Of a stretch of DNA of 64,000 nt, positions 12,060-25,200 are shown piece by piece. A program made the position numbers and the translations under genes. Source of the DNA: Vicugna vicugna (lineage: Eukaryota); the NCBI GenBank assembly GCA_013265495.1, contig MU057801.1:930001-994000 (forward strand), read 5' to 3'. Position 1 is the first letter of the stretch. Every line of letters begins with the position of its first letter. Below the pieces are notes generated by a model. That model was not told the DNA's origin. It did not search any database and was given only the letters and a program-made list of their open reading frames with translations.

Positions 12060-12715
12060 TTTTCTTTTAAGTGACGTAGATTTACATACAGGGAAAGGCC
12101 TGATTTCAAGTGAATAATTCAATGAGTATTGACAGATACATACACCCATGTAACTAGCGTCCCAGACAGGAGAGAGGACGTTTTCTGCTCCCCAAGGAGT
12201 CCCTTTACACCCCTTTCTGTTAAAGGCAACCACTGATCTGGTGTCTGTTACTTTGGACTAGTTTTGCTCTTGAACTTGAGATACACGAATTCATTGCATA
12301 TACATCCTTTAGTGTCCAGCTGCTTCTGCTCAGCATAATGTTTTTTGAGACGTGTCCACTCTGTTGCACGAGTCAAGCGTTCGTTCCTTTCACTGCTAAG
12401 TGGTGCGTCATTCTGTGAATACACCCCCGCTCTCTTGCTGGTGGATATCTGATTGCTGCCGCTTGGGGGCTATCACAACTAAAGCGGTTATGAACATTCA
12501 CACACGAGTCTTTGTGTGACATGTATTTTCATTTCTCTTAGATGAATGCCTGGGAGTGAATGACTCATGGTTTAACTTTAAAAAAACTGTTTTCCACAGT
12601 GGTTGCACCATTTTTCATCCACACAAGTGGTGGAGGCAAGTTCCCATTGTCCCACTTTATCGCCAATATTTGGTTTTATTGATCTTTGTAATTTTAACCA
12701 CTCTCATCAGTGTGA
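12060..12715 (-). mobile_element. Old L1M (L1MB/ME-like) 3' fragment
   Basis: gcttctgctcagcataatgttttttgaga..tatgaacattca..gtctttgtgtgacatgtattttcatttctctt..ttttccacagtggttgcacca. Confidence 0.8.
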
Positions 12716-12754
12716 CCTAATTGCTTTTTAAAGAGAAGGTGACAGTTTGGATTA

Positions 12755-13128
12755 TTGCTTGGGGTGGATATTACGGCTCCCCTCCCATGGTGAACAGTGT
12801 ACATGTCCCCACCCCATCAGCCAGGGGAACTGGTTTGGCCAATGGAAGGTCAGTGGACATGCTGGAAGTGAAAGCGTGTAACGTTCTTGCGTGGTGAGCT
12901 TTGTACACTTGGTTCTGGGAACACCATGAGCAGAACATGGCTTGGCTAATCCACTCATGCAAGAAGGCAGAGAGATGTGGAGAAAAGTTAGGCACAAACT
13001 GCTCTCAGCACTAAATGCAGCGGACCAGCCACCTTGGACATTTGGAGAATAAATGAGCATGTTTCAGGCCACTGGGTCAGGGATGCTTTGTTACACAGCA
13101 TTACTGTGGCAGTGACTGACTGCCACGA
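12755..13128 (+). mobile_element. MLT1 (MaLR) LTR
   Basis: tttggccaatggaag..gccactgggtcagggatgctttgttacacagcattactgtggcagtgactgactg. Confidence 0.7.
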
Positions 13129-14159
13129 TAGAGATAGGCGTCCTTGTCAATCTTGTCACACTACCAAGAAGCATACCCGTCCTGCTGTCAGCTAAACTGA
13201 CTGCTGAAGCCTGCATTTAGCCAGCCCAGTGAGTATCTGCCTTCTAGCAACTCCCGGCAACCTTGAACTACCTCCGCTCAGTATTTAACAAAGGCTTGAT
13301 TAAAAGAAACAATATTTACAGAGGACTGCCTGAAAGTTATGCCGCCCACCCACTGCCTGCATTCTCTAAAGTGTCCCTCTGCATTAGTCCCAGTGGCAGA
13401 GAGCTGTGTCCTAAGGCTGAATTGCTTTCATTCTCCCTGGGGGACTTCTACAAGGTCGTGCTTTGGCGCCACCCCATCGATGTATCTTGGAGGAAATCCC
13501 ACGGAAAACTTCGATGATAGGTGTGCTTGTGTCTGCTGTAAGGACACTGCTGGGGCTGCTCCATGAAAGGCCATGGGTGGGGATCATCTCTAGTTTCAGC
13601 CCCAGCGGCTACTGGACTCTCCTGAAGAACTCTGAGCTTTTAGCACATCAGGAGTCATGGGTCTGGTCCAGTTCCCTTCCTTGCATTGTCCAGCACACAA
13701 TTCAGGTCAAATTCATGGCCCACTGCATTTAACCTTTCAGCATGCTTTTAAAAAACTATCTTTGCTCTTGGCTACTCTCTAATATTATGACTCAAGTCAT
13801 TTAAAATTGTGTGTGAGATTTGGTGGGGCATTGGTTGCAGAATGTGGTGGCAGTCATCCCTGGTGCCACCAGCCACCTGGTTTCATCACAGATCCTCCCT
13901 CTTGGTTACTCTCATCAATTCCGCCTCCAAGGTCCATCACTTTGTCCTCTTTAGCTCAGCAATGTGAGCACGCATGACAGGCCAACTGTGTGTTAAGCAC
14001 TGAGAAAAAATATGAGCATGGTTGGTTCTTGCCCTCAAGGCACTTGCAGTCAATTGAGGAGATCAGACAGGGATTGGGCACCTACATCTCCTACCTCAAT
14101 AGGAACATCCTCATTTGTTTCTCACGTGATTAACAATAACTGTCTTACTCAGCAGCTCT

Positions 14160-14540
14160 TTTCACAATGCTCCCCATCCTTCAAGCCAAGTTGTGATGCC
14201 GTGACTTGCAGGAAGCCTTCCTTGATCTCCTTCCTTTCCTTCCCTGTCTCCAGACGGAAACATCTGCTTTGCCGTCGCTGCGGCAGAACTCGACATTTCC
14301 ATGCACGATTTATTCTCAGCTTTCCGAGATCGTTCTTAGAACGTGTGTCTTATCTCTTTATCCAGACAATAAGCATCATGAGGGCAGGGTCTGTCCTGTT
14401 TTCATCGTGTCATACATTTATTTGCCAATATTTGAGCACACATACTAGATGCCAGATATTGTGCAGGGCAAGGAGACCATTAAATAAACAAGACACATGC
14501 TTCACCACCAAGGATGGCCCTGTCTGGTGGGAAAAGCAGG
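14160..14540. mobile_element. Two adjacent L2 fragments in opposite orientation
   Basis: aggaagccttccttgatctc..catgagggcagggtctgt (+), then aatatttgagcacacatactagatgccagatattgtgc (-). Confidence 0.55.
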
Positions 14541-14542
14541 TG

Positions 14543-15900
14543 TTGTGGTAGGTTGTATTATTTGTCCCAAATGTGTGCTTCCCCTCCCTGTCACAGGGTT
14601 ACAGCCACCGACACTACGCTTGATCTTGCTGGGTGTGTCAGTTTCCTTTGGCAGCGTAACAAGTAGCCCCAGATCTCAGTGGCTGCAAACAACAGTCACA
14701 TATCAGCTCACGGTTCTGCGGGTCGGTGCTGTGAGCTGAGCTCAGCTGTGTGGTTCGTGGCTGCTCCCACCTGGGCTCACTCGTATGACTGCAGTCGGCT
14801 GGGGCTCAGCCATGCCGGGTGGTCGAGGACCAGCTCCGTCCTGTAACAGAGGTTGGTGGGCCGTTGCTAAGGCAACTTGGTTATCCTCCGCATGCCCCTC
14901 CAGCAAGCTGCCTCATTCAGGGTGGCCAAAGGGCCCCAAGAGAAAGAAAAGAAGACAAGCCTTAACACACAAGTACTTTTCAGACCTCTGCTCCCGTCAC
15001 TAAGTGAATGGCACGAATTTGCCAGACACCAGCGGAAGCAGAAAGTTTATGGTCTGATAACTGCCAATTCAAGCTGAATTTATAAGAGAGCAGAAACTGG
15101 GAATAGGCAGAAACTAGCGAGATGAAGGAAAAAATGGAGCAAATAAAAAAGTCGCAGCAACCAAGGAGAGAAAAACGGGAGACATAAAGCGAGGAGATGG
15201 GATTCCAAAAACTCCTGGCAGCTTTCGGTATCATCCCAAGTTCAGTTTTACATTATAACAAATTACAATAAGTTCCCTTGTTCTAAGTCACTCAAGTGAG
15301 CCTCTGTTCCCTGTAACCAAAGAGACTTGCTGTAACAAGGGTTAGTGCCAGGAGTGGGGTTTCTGGAACCACACACTCATAAGAAATGCAAGCTGTTTGG
15401 AAGAGAAAGTCTTATAACTTGGGACTGAGGGTAAAATTCCAAGCAGTGGTACATCAGGCTATTGTTTGTGGTTTCTTATGACTCAGACCACCTTGCAGGA
15501 GAGGCTTTGGGGGTCGGGGGTACAACATACAGAGCTGCAGGTATCAGCTGAGTGCTCAGAACAGCAGTGAGGTACTTCCAGTTGCTGAAGAATGAGGTCT
15601 GTATCTGGATCCGTGCAGCTGGAAACAGACCTTCGGGAACACAGTGCGCCCCTGCTGAACGATGATGCCCTTCCCGCCTGGGGCTGAATAATGGGTCCAT
15701 TGAAAAGTAAGTCTGAAAATGTCATTTGCATTGCTGAATTGCAACATGGGCCAAATTCCCAATATTCACATTTTGTACGACCCAGGTTAAGTGTCTGACT
15801 GATAAAGACTGAGGTTTTGCCAATAAATACGGGGATATCTGGAAGACACCCAAAGATTTGAAGGTTCCCTACACCCTACACTCTTCCTGAACACTTCCCA
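14543..15900 (+). mobile_element. MaLR/ERVL LTR plus start of internal region, interrupted by a second MLT1
   Basis: LTR start tgtggtaggttgtattatttgtcccaaat; LTR end aataagttcccttgttctaagtcactcaagtgag..tgtaaca followed by int-like ttagtgccaggagtgggg; ggggatatctggaag at ~15831 resembles the GDIW motif of ERVL/MaLR gag. Confidence 0.5.
14635..15005 (-). mobile_element. MLT1 LTR nested in the preceding element
   Basis: tgtcagtttcctttggcagcgtaacaagtagccccagatctcagtggctgcaaacaac..gctcacggttctgcgggtc. Confidence 0.7.
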
Positions 15901-16158
15901 CTTCAGTACCCCACCCCACCCCCAGTCCTCAGACGAGCTTCTCTCTTTCCACTAAGAATGGGTGGTGGGCAACACTGGTCCTTCTCCCAGGACCCCACGT
16001 TGTTGTGGGTCCCTGGCTTTGATGTACTTTTCCTTAGAAGCGCTTGAGCCCTTGTCTCTTTCCTAGAGAACTGCCCTCAAGCTACTGGATCCTGATTTGG
16101 GGACTGTCAAATGGACCTATGATTTTGCACCCAATCCCAATGTGTATGTGTATGTGTA

Positions 16159-16932
16159 TGTTGAGGTGCAGGGGCAGTTCCCACCACCAAAGCAATTCTC
16201 TGACACCAGCTGGGTTTCCTACCATCAGACTCAACTCTGGCATGCTCTGCCAGGAGACTGCGTCAGACCCCAGGGGTTAAGGGCCTGGTGCCACCAAACA
16301 TCCCACGCCCACCACTTCAGACACCAGACACAAGTCCAAGTCTTCACCTGTGCTTCACCAACCAGCTATAGATTGGAGGTGCCAATGACCCACTCCTCGG
16401 GTTCGACTAATTTGCTAGAGCGGCTCACAGAACTCAGAGAAACATTGTACTTCCAGGATTAATGGTGCATTGTGAAAGAATATAACTCAAGAACTGCCAG
16501 ATGGAAGAGACGCCCAGGGCAGGGCGCGGGGAAAGGGCGTGGAGTTTCCATGCATCTCCGAGCACAGGACTCTCTCCAAATCGCCACATGTTCATCAACC
16601 CAGAACTTTGGGAGTTTTACAGAGGCTTCATTACACAGGCACGACTGATGAAATGATTGCTCATGGGCGACTGTACTCAATCTCCAGCCCCGCTCTGGTC
16701 CCCCGAGGTCGGGGGTAAGGGTGAAAGTTCCAACCCTCTAGTCGTGTGATTGGTTCTACTGGCAACCAGCCCCCAGTCTTAGGTGGGATCCAAAGGTCAC
16801 CTCATTAGCATAACAGAAGACGCGTTTATCCCTCTCCACACTTGCGAAATTCCCAGGATTTTAGGAGCTCAGTGCCAGAAACAGGGACAAGACCAATTAT
16901 ACATGTATCTTACCATAACTCACAGAACCACG
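16159..16932 (-). mobile_element. MER21-family solo LTR, near full length
   Basis: gcaattctctgacaccagctggg..taatttgctagagcggctcacagaactcagagaaaca..ggattttaggagctcagtgccagaaacagggacaagacca. Confidence 0.85.
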
Positions 16933-17092
16933 CGCCCGTTGCATGACTTTGCCTGAGCGGCGCCCTGGGGATTTTGTCCTGTCACCATCCTGCGTTCCAG
17001 CCCTGCTAGCTCCCCCAGGAGCACTTTCTTAATAAATCACCTGCACATGAGTCTTTATTTCAGGGTCACCCTCTAGGGAACCAGACACAAGG
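16933..17092 (+). mobile_element. LTR16-like 3' part (5' part probably at ~16040-16140, split by MER21)
   Basis: aataaatcacctgcacatgagtctttatttcagggtcaccctctagggaacc. Confidence 0.6.
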
Positions 17093-17975
17093 TAGAAAAA
17101 GCAGGTGTGAAAGCAAGCAGGGTGGGTAACAGTTGCTAAGTCAGGGAAATCCCTGGGGAAGGTAGAGATCGCATGTCCTCATCCCACATGCGAGCATGGG
17201 GGGTGGGTGTGGATAGTGGGGGTGCAGAGCTTAAGAAAGCGTGGGCCCTGGTTTGACCTTGAAGAAGAGTGCGGCCCCAGAACTGACTTCGCTCCTGACG
17301 AATCGCACTTTCAGTTCCAGCACAAGCACGTCTAGAACGAGCATCTTCTGTTCACGCCTTCAGATTTCGTTTTCAGTTCCGGTAACAAAGGACGCTAACT
17401 AAAACACTTGCAGTGTGAAAGGCGGAGCAGAAGGCAGTCCAGCGCCACGTCCTGTTCACAGTAAAGTGCCCTGCTGACATTTTTGAAGTCACTGCGCTGT
17501 TTTCTGGTTATAAAATCCCATGATTCCACAAGTCTGCGATTTACAGGGGGAGAGCAGGCAAGACCGGGAGTGCAGCCAGCATCTCTGCGGGAAGATTCAA
17601 GGATGTGGATCACTGGCCTGGCTTACAAGGTGGAGCCTATGTTTGGGATCACAAAGCCTTTGCCAGTTTCCCCTGAAATTTGAGACAGAAGAGGAAAACT
17701 GGGGAATTTTTGTACATATTTAAAATGTTTTAAAACTTTCCTCCTATTAAATGGAAAAGGCGTTTCAGAAGTGTTTCCCTTTGTCTTTGATCAAAAGACC
17801 ACTGTTTGAAACATCAGAAAATCAGTCACAATGGCCTTCACACCAGTTCCGACAAGGACCTCGTCTTGGGATGGCCCACGTCTGGTCCTTTTGGGACAAG
17901 AACAGGCATGCGGGCATGCGGTGTTCAGGGTGCCACCAGCATGTGGAGAGGGGAGAGGATCATTTTGAGGGGGGG

Positions 17976-18047
17976 ATTTTTTTTAATTGAAGTATAGTCA
18001 CTTACAATGTGTCAATTTCCGGTTACAGCACACTGTCCCAGTCCTGC

Positions 18048-18078
<31 letters not shown>

Positions 18079-18258
18079 CATTGGTTTTCACATTCTTTTT
18101 CATTGAAGGTTATTACAAGATAGTGAACATAGTTCCTGTGCTGTGCAGAAGAAACTTTTTTAAAATCTATTTTCATGTATTGTGGCTAACATCTGTAAAT
18201 CTCAGACTCCCAAATTTATCCCTTCTCACACCGTTTCCCTGGTAACCATAAGATTACT
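17976..18258 (-). mobile_element. Lineage L1 3' end with internal (TA)n at 18048-18074
   Basis: ttttttttaattgaagtatagtc..ggttattacaagatagtgaacatagttcctgtgctgtgcag..cctggtaaccataag. Confidence 0.8.
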
Positions 18259-19124
18259 TACTATGAGATGATCTTTTTTTAATTTTAAATTTAAGTTTAA
18301 GATTTTTCCTTTCATTTAGGTTAGGACTGATCCTTGTCATGAAGCTGAGGGAACACAGGCTTCATGCTGCAAGGGCTGCTGGAGACTCCAGCTGCCTCAC
18401 AGCCTGAGGGGGTGAGACGCCCCACATCACCACATGACTCTTCCAGCATCTTGTCTTTTTATTGTCAGCAACAAGCAGGCGTGGAGCCTCGTGTTACGCA
18501 TCTCAGGGGATTGTGTGCCGGACGTGCTTTTACTGTCTGTTGAAGGAGGAATTTACCTGTAAGTGGCTTTTCAAGGCCACGGAGAGAAAAGCAGTTTAGC
18601 TGCACAGGACGTGCAGATCTAGGGGACAAAGGGGCGAGGGCAGAGCACCACGTGTGGAGATGTCCTCAGCGCCGGGTGGGGGGGCTCTGCTCAGGGCAGG
18701 GGCCTCCCGTCTGGCCAGCTGTGTGGGAGTCAGACCTGGGTGTCCCGGGCAGCCATGGGTACCGATCCACCGCCGGTTCTCATGCCCGTGGCCCTGAGGT
18801 GAGTAGTCATCCTTTTTTGAGGAATTACTCGGGAAATCTATGCCAGATAAAGACGCACGTATCTTTTGACCAGGGCTGTGCCCTGGCTCTGGGATGAGTC
18901 AGTTTGGACTGATGGTTACCCACCACTCTGAGGGTGCAGATCTGGGCCCCCAATCTCCTCTTCCTCACTGGGCCGTCAGGGTCTACGGGGCACCTTTTCT
19001 CAGCCCAGCACCCATCCCTCTTTCTGCTGTAAGCAGCTCTTTGACCTTTGGGGATCTGTGGCCACAAGCAGGATTACTGTGCAAGGCCTATGAGAGGCTG
19101 TGAATGCAGGAATTCTGAGTCATG

Positions 19125-19310
19125 AGATGAAGCTTCTGTGTTTGAGCCCCGGTGGTACCTCTGACCTGCTGAGGGCAGTGGGGAGGCTACCTTCCTTCTC
19201 TGAGCCATGGTTTCCTCGTCTCTAAAATAAGGATAATGACACTGCCTGCCTCCCGCTGAGTGCTAAGCAACTGAATTTGTGTGCCCGGCCCACACTAAGT
19301 GCTGAATCAG
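19125..19310 (+). mobile_element. MIR
   Basis: ttctctgagccatggtttcctcgtctctaaaataaggataatgac. Confidence 0.7.
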
Positions 19311-19379
19311 GGTCAGCGCTGAGCAGTTCCCCCATCCGACCTGTCCAGTCCTGGCAGAAATATCTGTCGGTGTATCCTG

Positions 19380-19690
19380 ACCACTCCTAGGGGTGGACAC
19401 ATGACCCACACGTGGCCAGTCAGACCTTTGCTCCTGGGAATCTGATTCTTGCACCCAGTAAAGGGACAGAGAAACTCCTGGAGCCAGCGGGCCCTGGGCT
19501 GGTGCCGTGGAGCTGCTGCCCACGCAAGCTTGCCTCCCAGCTCCCCGGGAGCCTGGGCCCTGTCCTTCCCGAGACCTGGCTCCTTAGGCCCCTCCTTGGG
19601 CCCTGGGATCTCTCCTTGCCCTTCCAGCACGTCCCTGTTTGCTGAGTTATTCAGAATCCACCTTCCTTGTGTAGAAACAAAGCCCCACGG
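19380..19690 (+). mobile_element. Old MLT1 fragment
   Basis: ggggtggacacatgaccca..ggccagtcagacctttgctcctgggaatctgatt. Confidence 0.45.
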
Positions 19691-20749
19691 CCAAGCCGGC
19701 AACACCGCGGACACTGCTGTCTCTGTGTCTTTGCTCCAAGGCCCCTGATGGATTTGATCGGGCACTTTCTTTGGACTGAAGGAAGGTTAAAGGGCTGTGG
19801 ATCCTACCATGACTTGAGAGACTGGAACCTGCGCGGATGCGGTAGACGGCAGAGATCCGCCGATTCCCAGCCCCGGCATCACACGGTAGAACGTAAAGAA
19901 TGGATGTGGCGCCATGAGACAAGACCTTCATCGCTGGCTTCCCAAGCATTCCCTTGCAGCCCTCCTTTTCCAATCAGTCGTCCATTCTCGCTGCCCCAAG
20001 TAACACCCGAGTGCTGGACCAATGACGGACAGAGAGCAGCTCCTGGAGGGAAGGTGTGGGGTGGGGAGAGAATTTACCACCACACTGCAAATGGAGAAGG
20101 AGTGTTCTAGCCGCCAGGGCCCTGTCCGCGCGGTGAGTGGAGGTTTAGATATTACGAAGCAACCCCTGATGTGAAATCCGCCTTGACAAGTGGAGCGCTG
20201 TTGGCGTTGCAGGGTTTCTTTTGCTTTGAATTTGCAAAATTTTTAATAGCTGGACAAGAGCTATAATCCAAGAAGGTTAATTAATATGTATCTGTACCTG
20301 CTTAAGTCGCAGATGTATTATAATAAAAATAAGGCAATTCTGAGGGTCTTTAAGATATTCTCCCCCTTAAAATGGGTTCATGCATTACTCCAGCTGATGA
20401 AAGGGAAGATGTGCTCTGACTTCTGGCCAGGGCGTCTGGTAGCCCTGACCCCGCAGTTCCCAGCCTGCAAGGTGCTGGGGGGAGGGCAGGGGGCAGAGCC
20501 ACGGGCACCTGGGAGGCAGAAATTCTGTCACATGCGTTAGACGTGTCCAGAGCTCAAGCGGGCGGGAAGACATAACAGAGGCGTGGGGGCAAGATGGGGC
20601 AGAGCTGACAGCTGATTCAAGGACAGGCAGAGAAGCACCTGGTACTCTTAAAAATGACTCTTTGTGCTTGGAAGCGTTGCTGCTGATTCATCTTCCATCT
20701 GGATCGGTTCAGTGAAGGGGCAGAGAAAAATGATGCAGGACCATCAGAG

Positions 20750-20990
20750 AAGATGAGAAATGCAGCATTTGATTTGGGCCTTAGAAGTTTGGAGAGATGT
20801 TAAGGGAGAGAGAACTGGGGTGAGGGGAACGGCGTGAGCCCAGGCAGGTGGAGCGGCCACCAGAGATGCTGAGATGCAGGAGGGAAGGGGAGGCGATGCT
20901 GAAGGGAGCTGGGGTTTTATTCTGAAATGAAGTTGGACCAACCATCGGCAGTTTAATGAGAGGTGGTGGGAGGGGGCGCAGAATCCAGAC
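20750..20990 (-). mobile_element. L2 fragment
   Basis: tttgatttgggccttagaag..gagctggggttttattctgaaatgaag..cagtttaatgag. Confidence 0.5.
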
Positions 20991-23609
20991 TTGTTCTCAT
21001 TGCTCTTGTGTTTCCATCGGGGAAGGTGAGATTCAGGGACATCGGTGACACCCCAAAATCACATGGCAATTTAAACAGGTGCGGAGAAGCTGTACCTGCA
21101 TCTGATGTCTCTTCTCTTCCTGCTGGGCAGGTGGCCAGGGAAGAGAGGGGCTGGCATCGTTTACTGCCTGGAATCCTGAATCAACTGCCCATCTGTGAAC
21201 CTCTCTGGCCGGCACCAGGAGGAGCGTCCACATCGCCCAGACTCTGTTCTGGCAGAACTGGGCTGGAGGTGTTCACGGGCCGCCCTCCACCTGGGAGACG
21301 TCCAGCCACGTGGCTCTCCCTGGGCTGCCATTAGCACTTTGTCTGAAAAGGCCAAACGGCTCTTGCTGGAAATTGTATCTCATTTCTTTAAAAAATGTGT
21401 GTGGATGGAGAAGGGGCAGACGGATGCCCGGGAGGAGACCAGGAAAGGGGCGGCGAGGAAGGGTAAATAGATAAAATAAATGGGCTTTGTGCATGCCTTT
21501 TGACCATTTTACTGCAGTCTATTGATTTGGCTTCCCCCCGCCCCTGCCCTGGGAGTAATCAATTTTTCGGTGGATGGGCAGAATACAATAATTTCAAGCA
21601 AACTCTTCAAATGGGTTGTCATTAATTTGCCTTTTGTCGGTCCTTGTTCACACGGAGTAAGATGCGTTTAGCTTTGTCCGCACACTCCTGGAGGGGAGGC
21701 CCTGGGGACTTCCTGGGCTGACTGGCACGGGGAGGCAATGCGGGCCTGGGAGGGGCCAGCAGAGCTGGTGCGGGCTAACGAAGCCTCTGTGTTGTCTCAT
21801 TTTTACAGAGTCACTTATTACGGCTAATTGGGAGGGACAGTTCAAATAAGCACAGAGGAGCAGTTATCACACGAGCGTGACATGGTTTCAAAGAGGCCCC
21901 TGCGACTCCCCGAACCCCTGCGGCAGGCTGGCTGGACGCCTGGGCGTCCACAGAGCAGGGGCTTTGTCGGGCTGCTCCGGAGAAGTCAGAAAGAAAGCTA
22001 GACTCAAGAAAGCAAGGCGTGCCAGCCATCACAGGACGCCACAGACAGACACGCAGCTGCCTGGGACACTTGGAAAGTCAACAGCTGACGGAAGGGGAGG
22101 GCTCTGAGCCTGGCTGTAAATGGGCTTCCAGATGTGATCGGAATTAACTGGCAGAACAGAGCGTGAGGTTGTTTCCCTTAAAGGGTCCAGTTGGTTTTAA
22201 AGAACATGTATTTGTGTGAGTCTTTGAATATTAATAACCTGGACTGCACTAGGATCCCCCACCTTATATGTTAAGGATGCCCTTTGCAAGAAGACATTCA
22301 TTTCTTCTCCAGACCATTAAATCGATATGATGAACACACCACACTCGTCTTAATCTATTATGGGAAATATTTGCAAATTATTTGCTTGGATTTGTGTCAA
22401 CCAATGATCATAGTCGATGCTTTCAAAAGACACCAGGATTTTCCACAAGGAAGGGGTCATACCCGCCCCGATCCATTCATCCTGCAAAGGTATGAAGTGC
22501 CCCCAGTGGGCCCAAAACCACCACAGGCACTGGGGACACAGGCATGAAGGGAACCAAGTCCCCACTGTCCTGGGTTTCCAGTCCCACAGGAGGTGGGGAC
22601 ACCGAGAGTAAGCAAACAATGAATAAGGTCATTTCAGAGCAGGTCCTGGTTGTGAGGGCCCCAGCACGAGCTGTGCTCCGGCCAGCACTCACGTAAATTC
22701 CAGCCGCCTCGTGGTCCGTAAGCTCAAGGAATGCTGACCCCAGGCAGGTGGGGGAGCTCTGACCTTGGAGGGAACTCTGGGTGAGGCCAAGTTCAGGTAT
22801 CTGGACTAGATACAGGACATCAGAAACCTCCAGAGTCCAAATACATACAACCCCATCCTGAGGAAGGTGTGTGAGAGGGCCTGGTGCCACAGCGCTGCCA
22901 CCTGAGGGGCTGGGTCAGAAGCTAAGGGTTTGGTGCCAAGTCCGGCCGCCTTTTCTTGGGTCTGGCTTTATCCCCAGTGCCCTGGGTCATGCCTGGTCTC
23001 ACAGTTTAAACATACACACGTCATCATCATCCTCACCCTGACACATCTCCAAATGGAAACATGTAAGATGGGAGCACCTTGGGAGGAAAAAAGAAGTCAT
23101 TCCTTTTCTCCCAAATGCGGAAAATTACATTATCTATTTATGGCACAGCCAGATGGTGTGTATCTGGGCTTCCACTTTGAAAGTATTTTCAAGAAGGTGA
23201 CAGACCTTCCTCGGTGAAGAGAGCCAACCTAAAATAGGAGTGTCGGTTTATGAAATTCATATAGAGCCATTCCTGCCAACCTCTGCCTTTGTTCTGAAAT
23301 TTAAATGGGAATAATGAGCTATTAAATCAGGCGAGGGGGTGAGCAAGCCAGTGCTTTCCTGGAGAATGTAAGCCTTAGTACTTACCGAGAAATCAGGTTT
23401 GGGTTTCTCAGCGTGGAAGATAGGAAATGACTTGCTGGGCGACACGTTCCGTTTTAGGCTTCCTGTGATATGTTAAGAATGCATTTGCTGTTCATCGATA
23501 CCTTCCAAGAGGCCCCAGCGTGGGGGGAACAACGCCCCCTTCACTGCTGCATGAATGCGCTCGCTTCTTTCCTTCACATCTGGAAGCCATTTATTTTGCA
23601 GAGACACCT

Positions 23610-24510
23610 GCAGGGGCCGCGACACATGACGGGGGCGGGGGGAGGGCTGGCGAGCACGGCGAGGGCGTGGGCCGCCGTCCCTCGCGGAGGGCCCGGCGGC
23701 GTCGGAGGCCGGAGGCCGGGGCGGAACCCGCCTTCCCGCTGGGCGGTGAGTGCCGGCTGACCGGCAAGGAGCCGGGTGGGCGCGCTTAGAGCAGCTTCTG
23801 GGCGGCGACGAGGAATTTATGATGTTGCTCAAGTGAAGCCTTCATTTTGAGACCTAAGAGGAAAGCGCCTGGCTGAGGTCTCTGTGGGGTTTCTTCCTAA
23901 AGGGCCTGAACCCCAAGTGTCGTTCTGTAAGCGAGGCTGTGTGTGTGTCACGTCGAAGTGTGCTGTTTGGAAACGACCCCCCCGGGGGCGGCTCAGCCCC
24001 TTTGCACCCTCATCGGTCAGAGGACGCCCCTGGAGCCCACCTGCAGCCCCTCCGGGCGGCGCTCCGGGAGGCGGAGGGCGCCTGGGGACGATGCCGCTGG
24101 GGCGGCTCCGGCCGCTTCCCCCCAGGAGAGAGCCGGGGAAAGCCCTTCAGGGCTGGAGGTGGGGAGGAGAACCCCAAAGCCCAGCTTGGCCTCCGGTGCA
24201 GTTTTAACAAGGGTCTGCCCTGCCCGGGACGCAGGGGAGGGGTTGGAATGGCCGAGGAGAAGGAACAGGAGTGTGTGCGGCGTGAGGACCGTTTCAGGGA
24301 GAGCTGAGCCCTCTCAGGTCTGACAGCGCGCCCTCCGGGGACGGGGACAGGGGAAGGGGCTAGCTGAAATGCGCAGTGGGAATGCGACGACGGTGGTGGC
24401 GTGGAGGGTGACTGCGGCAACAGGAAGCCACCCAGGAGGAGGCGGCCCCCTGGGGCGCCAAGGGCGAGACCTGGAGTCTGGCCCACACGGTAGGGAGTGG
24501 GTCTCGGCCT
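23610..24510. promoter_or_regulatory. CpG-island-like region 1
   Basis: Dense CpG and high GC over ~900 bp; GC box 23631-23640; no recognisable ORF. Confidence 0.65.
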
Positions 24511-24874
24511 AGAGGTAATTCGATGAGGTAATACTCTGCAGTATCGGTAACAGAAATCTTTCACTTGAAACCCAGGAGCATCTTCCAGCTTCTGCAGAGG
24601 TATCACGTCTTTCTAAATCAGAACCAGGTCTACAAATATTGCATCCTGAGTAACAGGAAGGAAGGGACAGAAGGGAACTGATGCTCACGGTTGGCGGGAG
24701 GAAGATTCAGGGGCAGAGCCTGCAGACGTTTCCTGCCCTGGGAGAAGACGGAGGGGGGTCTGCGATCTGATCACACAAGGGAGGAAAGGACACGCCGTGG
24801 GGACAAGAGAGGTGACACCCAGAAACTCCAGCACAGACTGCTGTCCACGGACATGCCGGGGACTTACAAGGACT

Positions 24875-25200
24875 CCATCCATCCATCCATCCGTCCATTC
24901 ACTTCAGATGTTTACTGAGCGCCTAGGCTGCGCCAGCTACCTACTGTTCTGGGCACTGGCGATCTCTCCATGAACCAAACAGGAAAACTCCCTGCCCCCA
25001 TGCAGCTTACATCCCAGCAGGGAAGACAGACAGTAAACCACAAGCAGAGGTAAATAGAGTGCATAGCTCCTGAGAGGGGAAGCCAGGCCAAGAATAAAAG
25101 AAAGATGAAAGAGTGAAGGGGTCTGAGCTGGGTTGGGGAGCCCCAGTTTGGCAGAGGGATGGAGGCCGCACTCATCCGGGCTAAAGCCAAGACATGAAAG
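24875..25200 (-). mobile_element. L2 3' end
   Basis: (catc)n then cattcacttcagatgtttactgagcgcct..ccctgcccccatgcagcttacatcccagcagggaagacagac. Confidence 0.75.
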
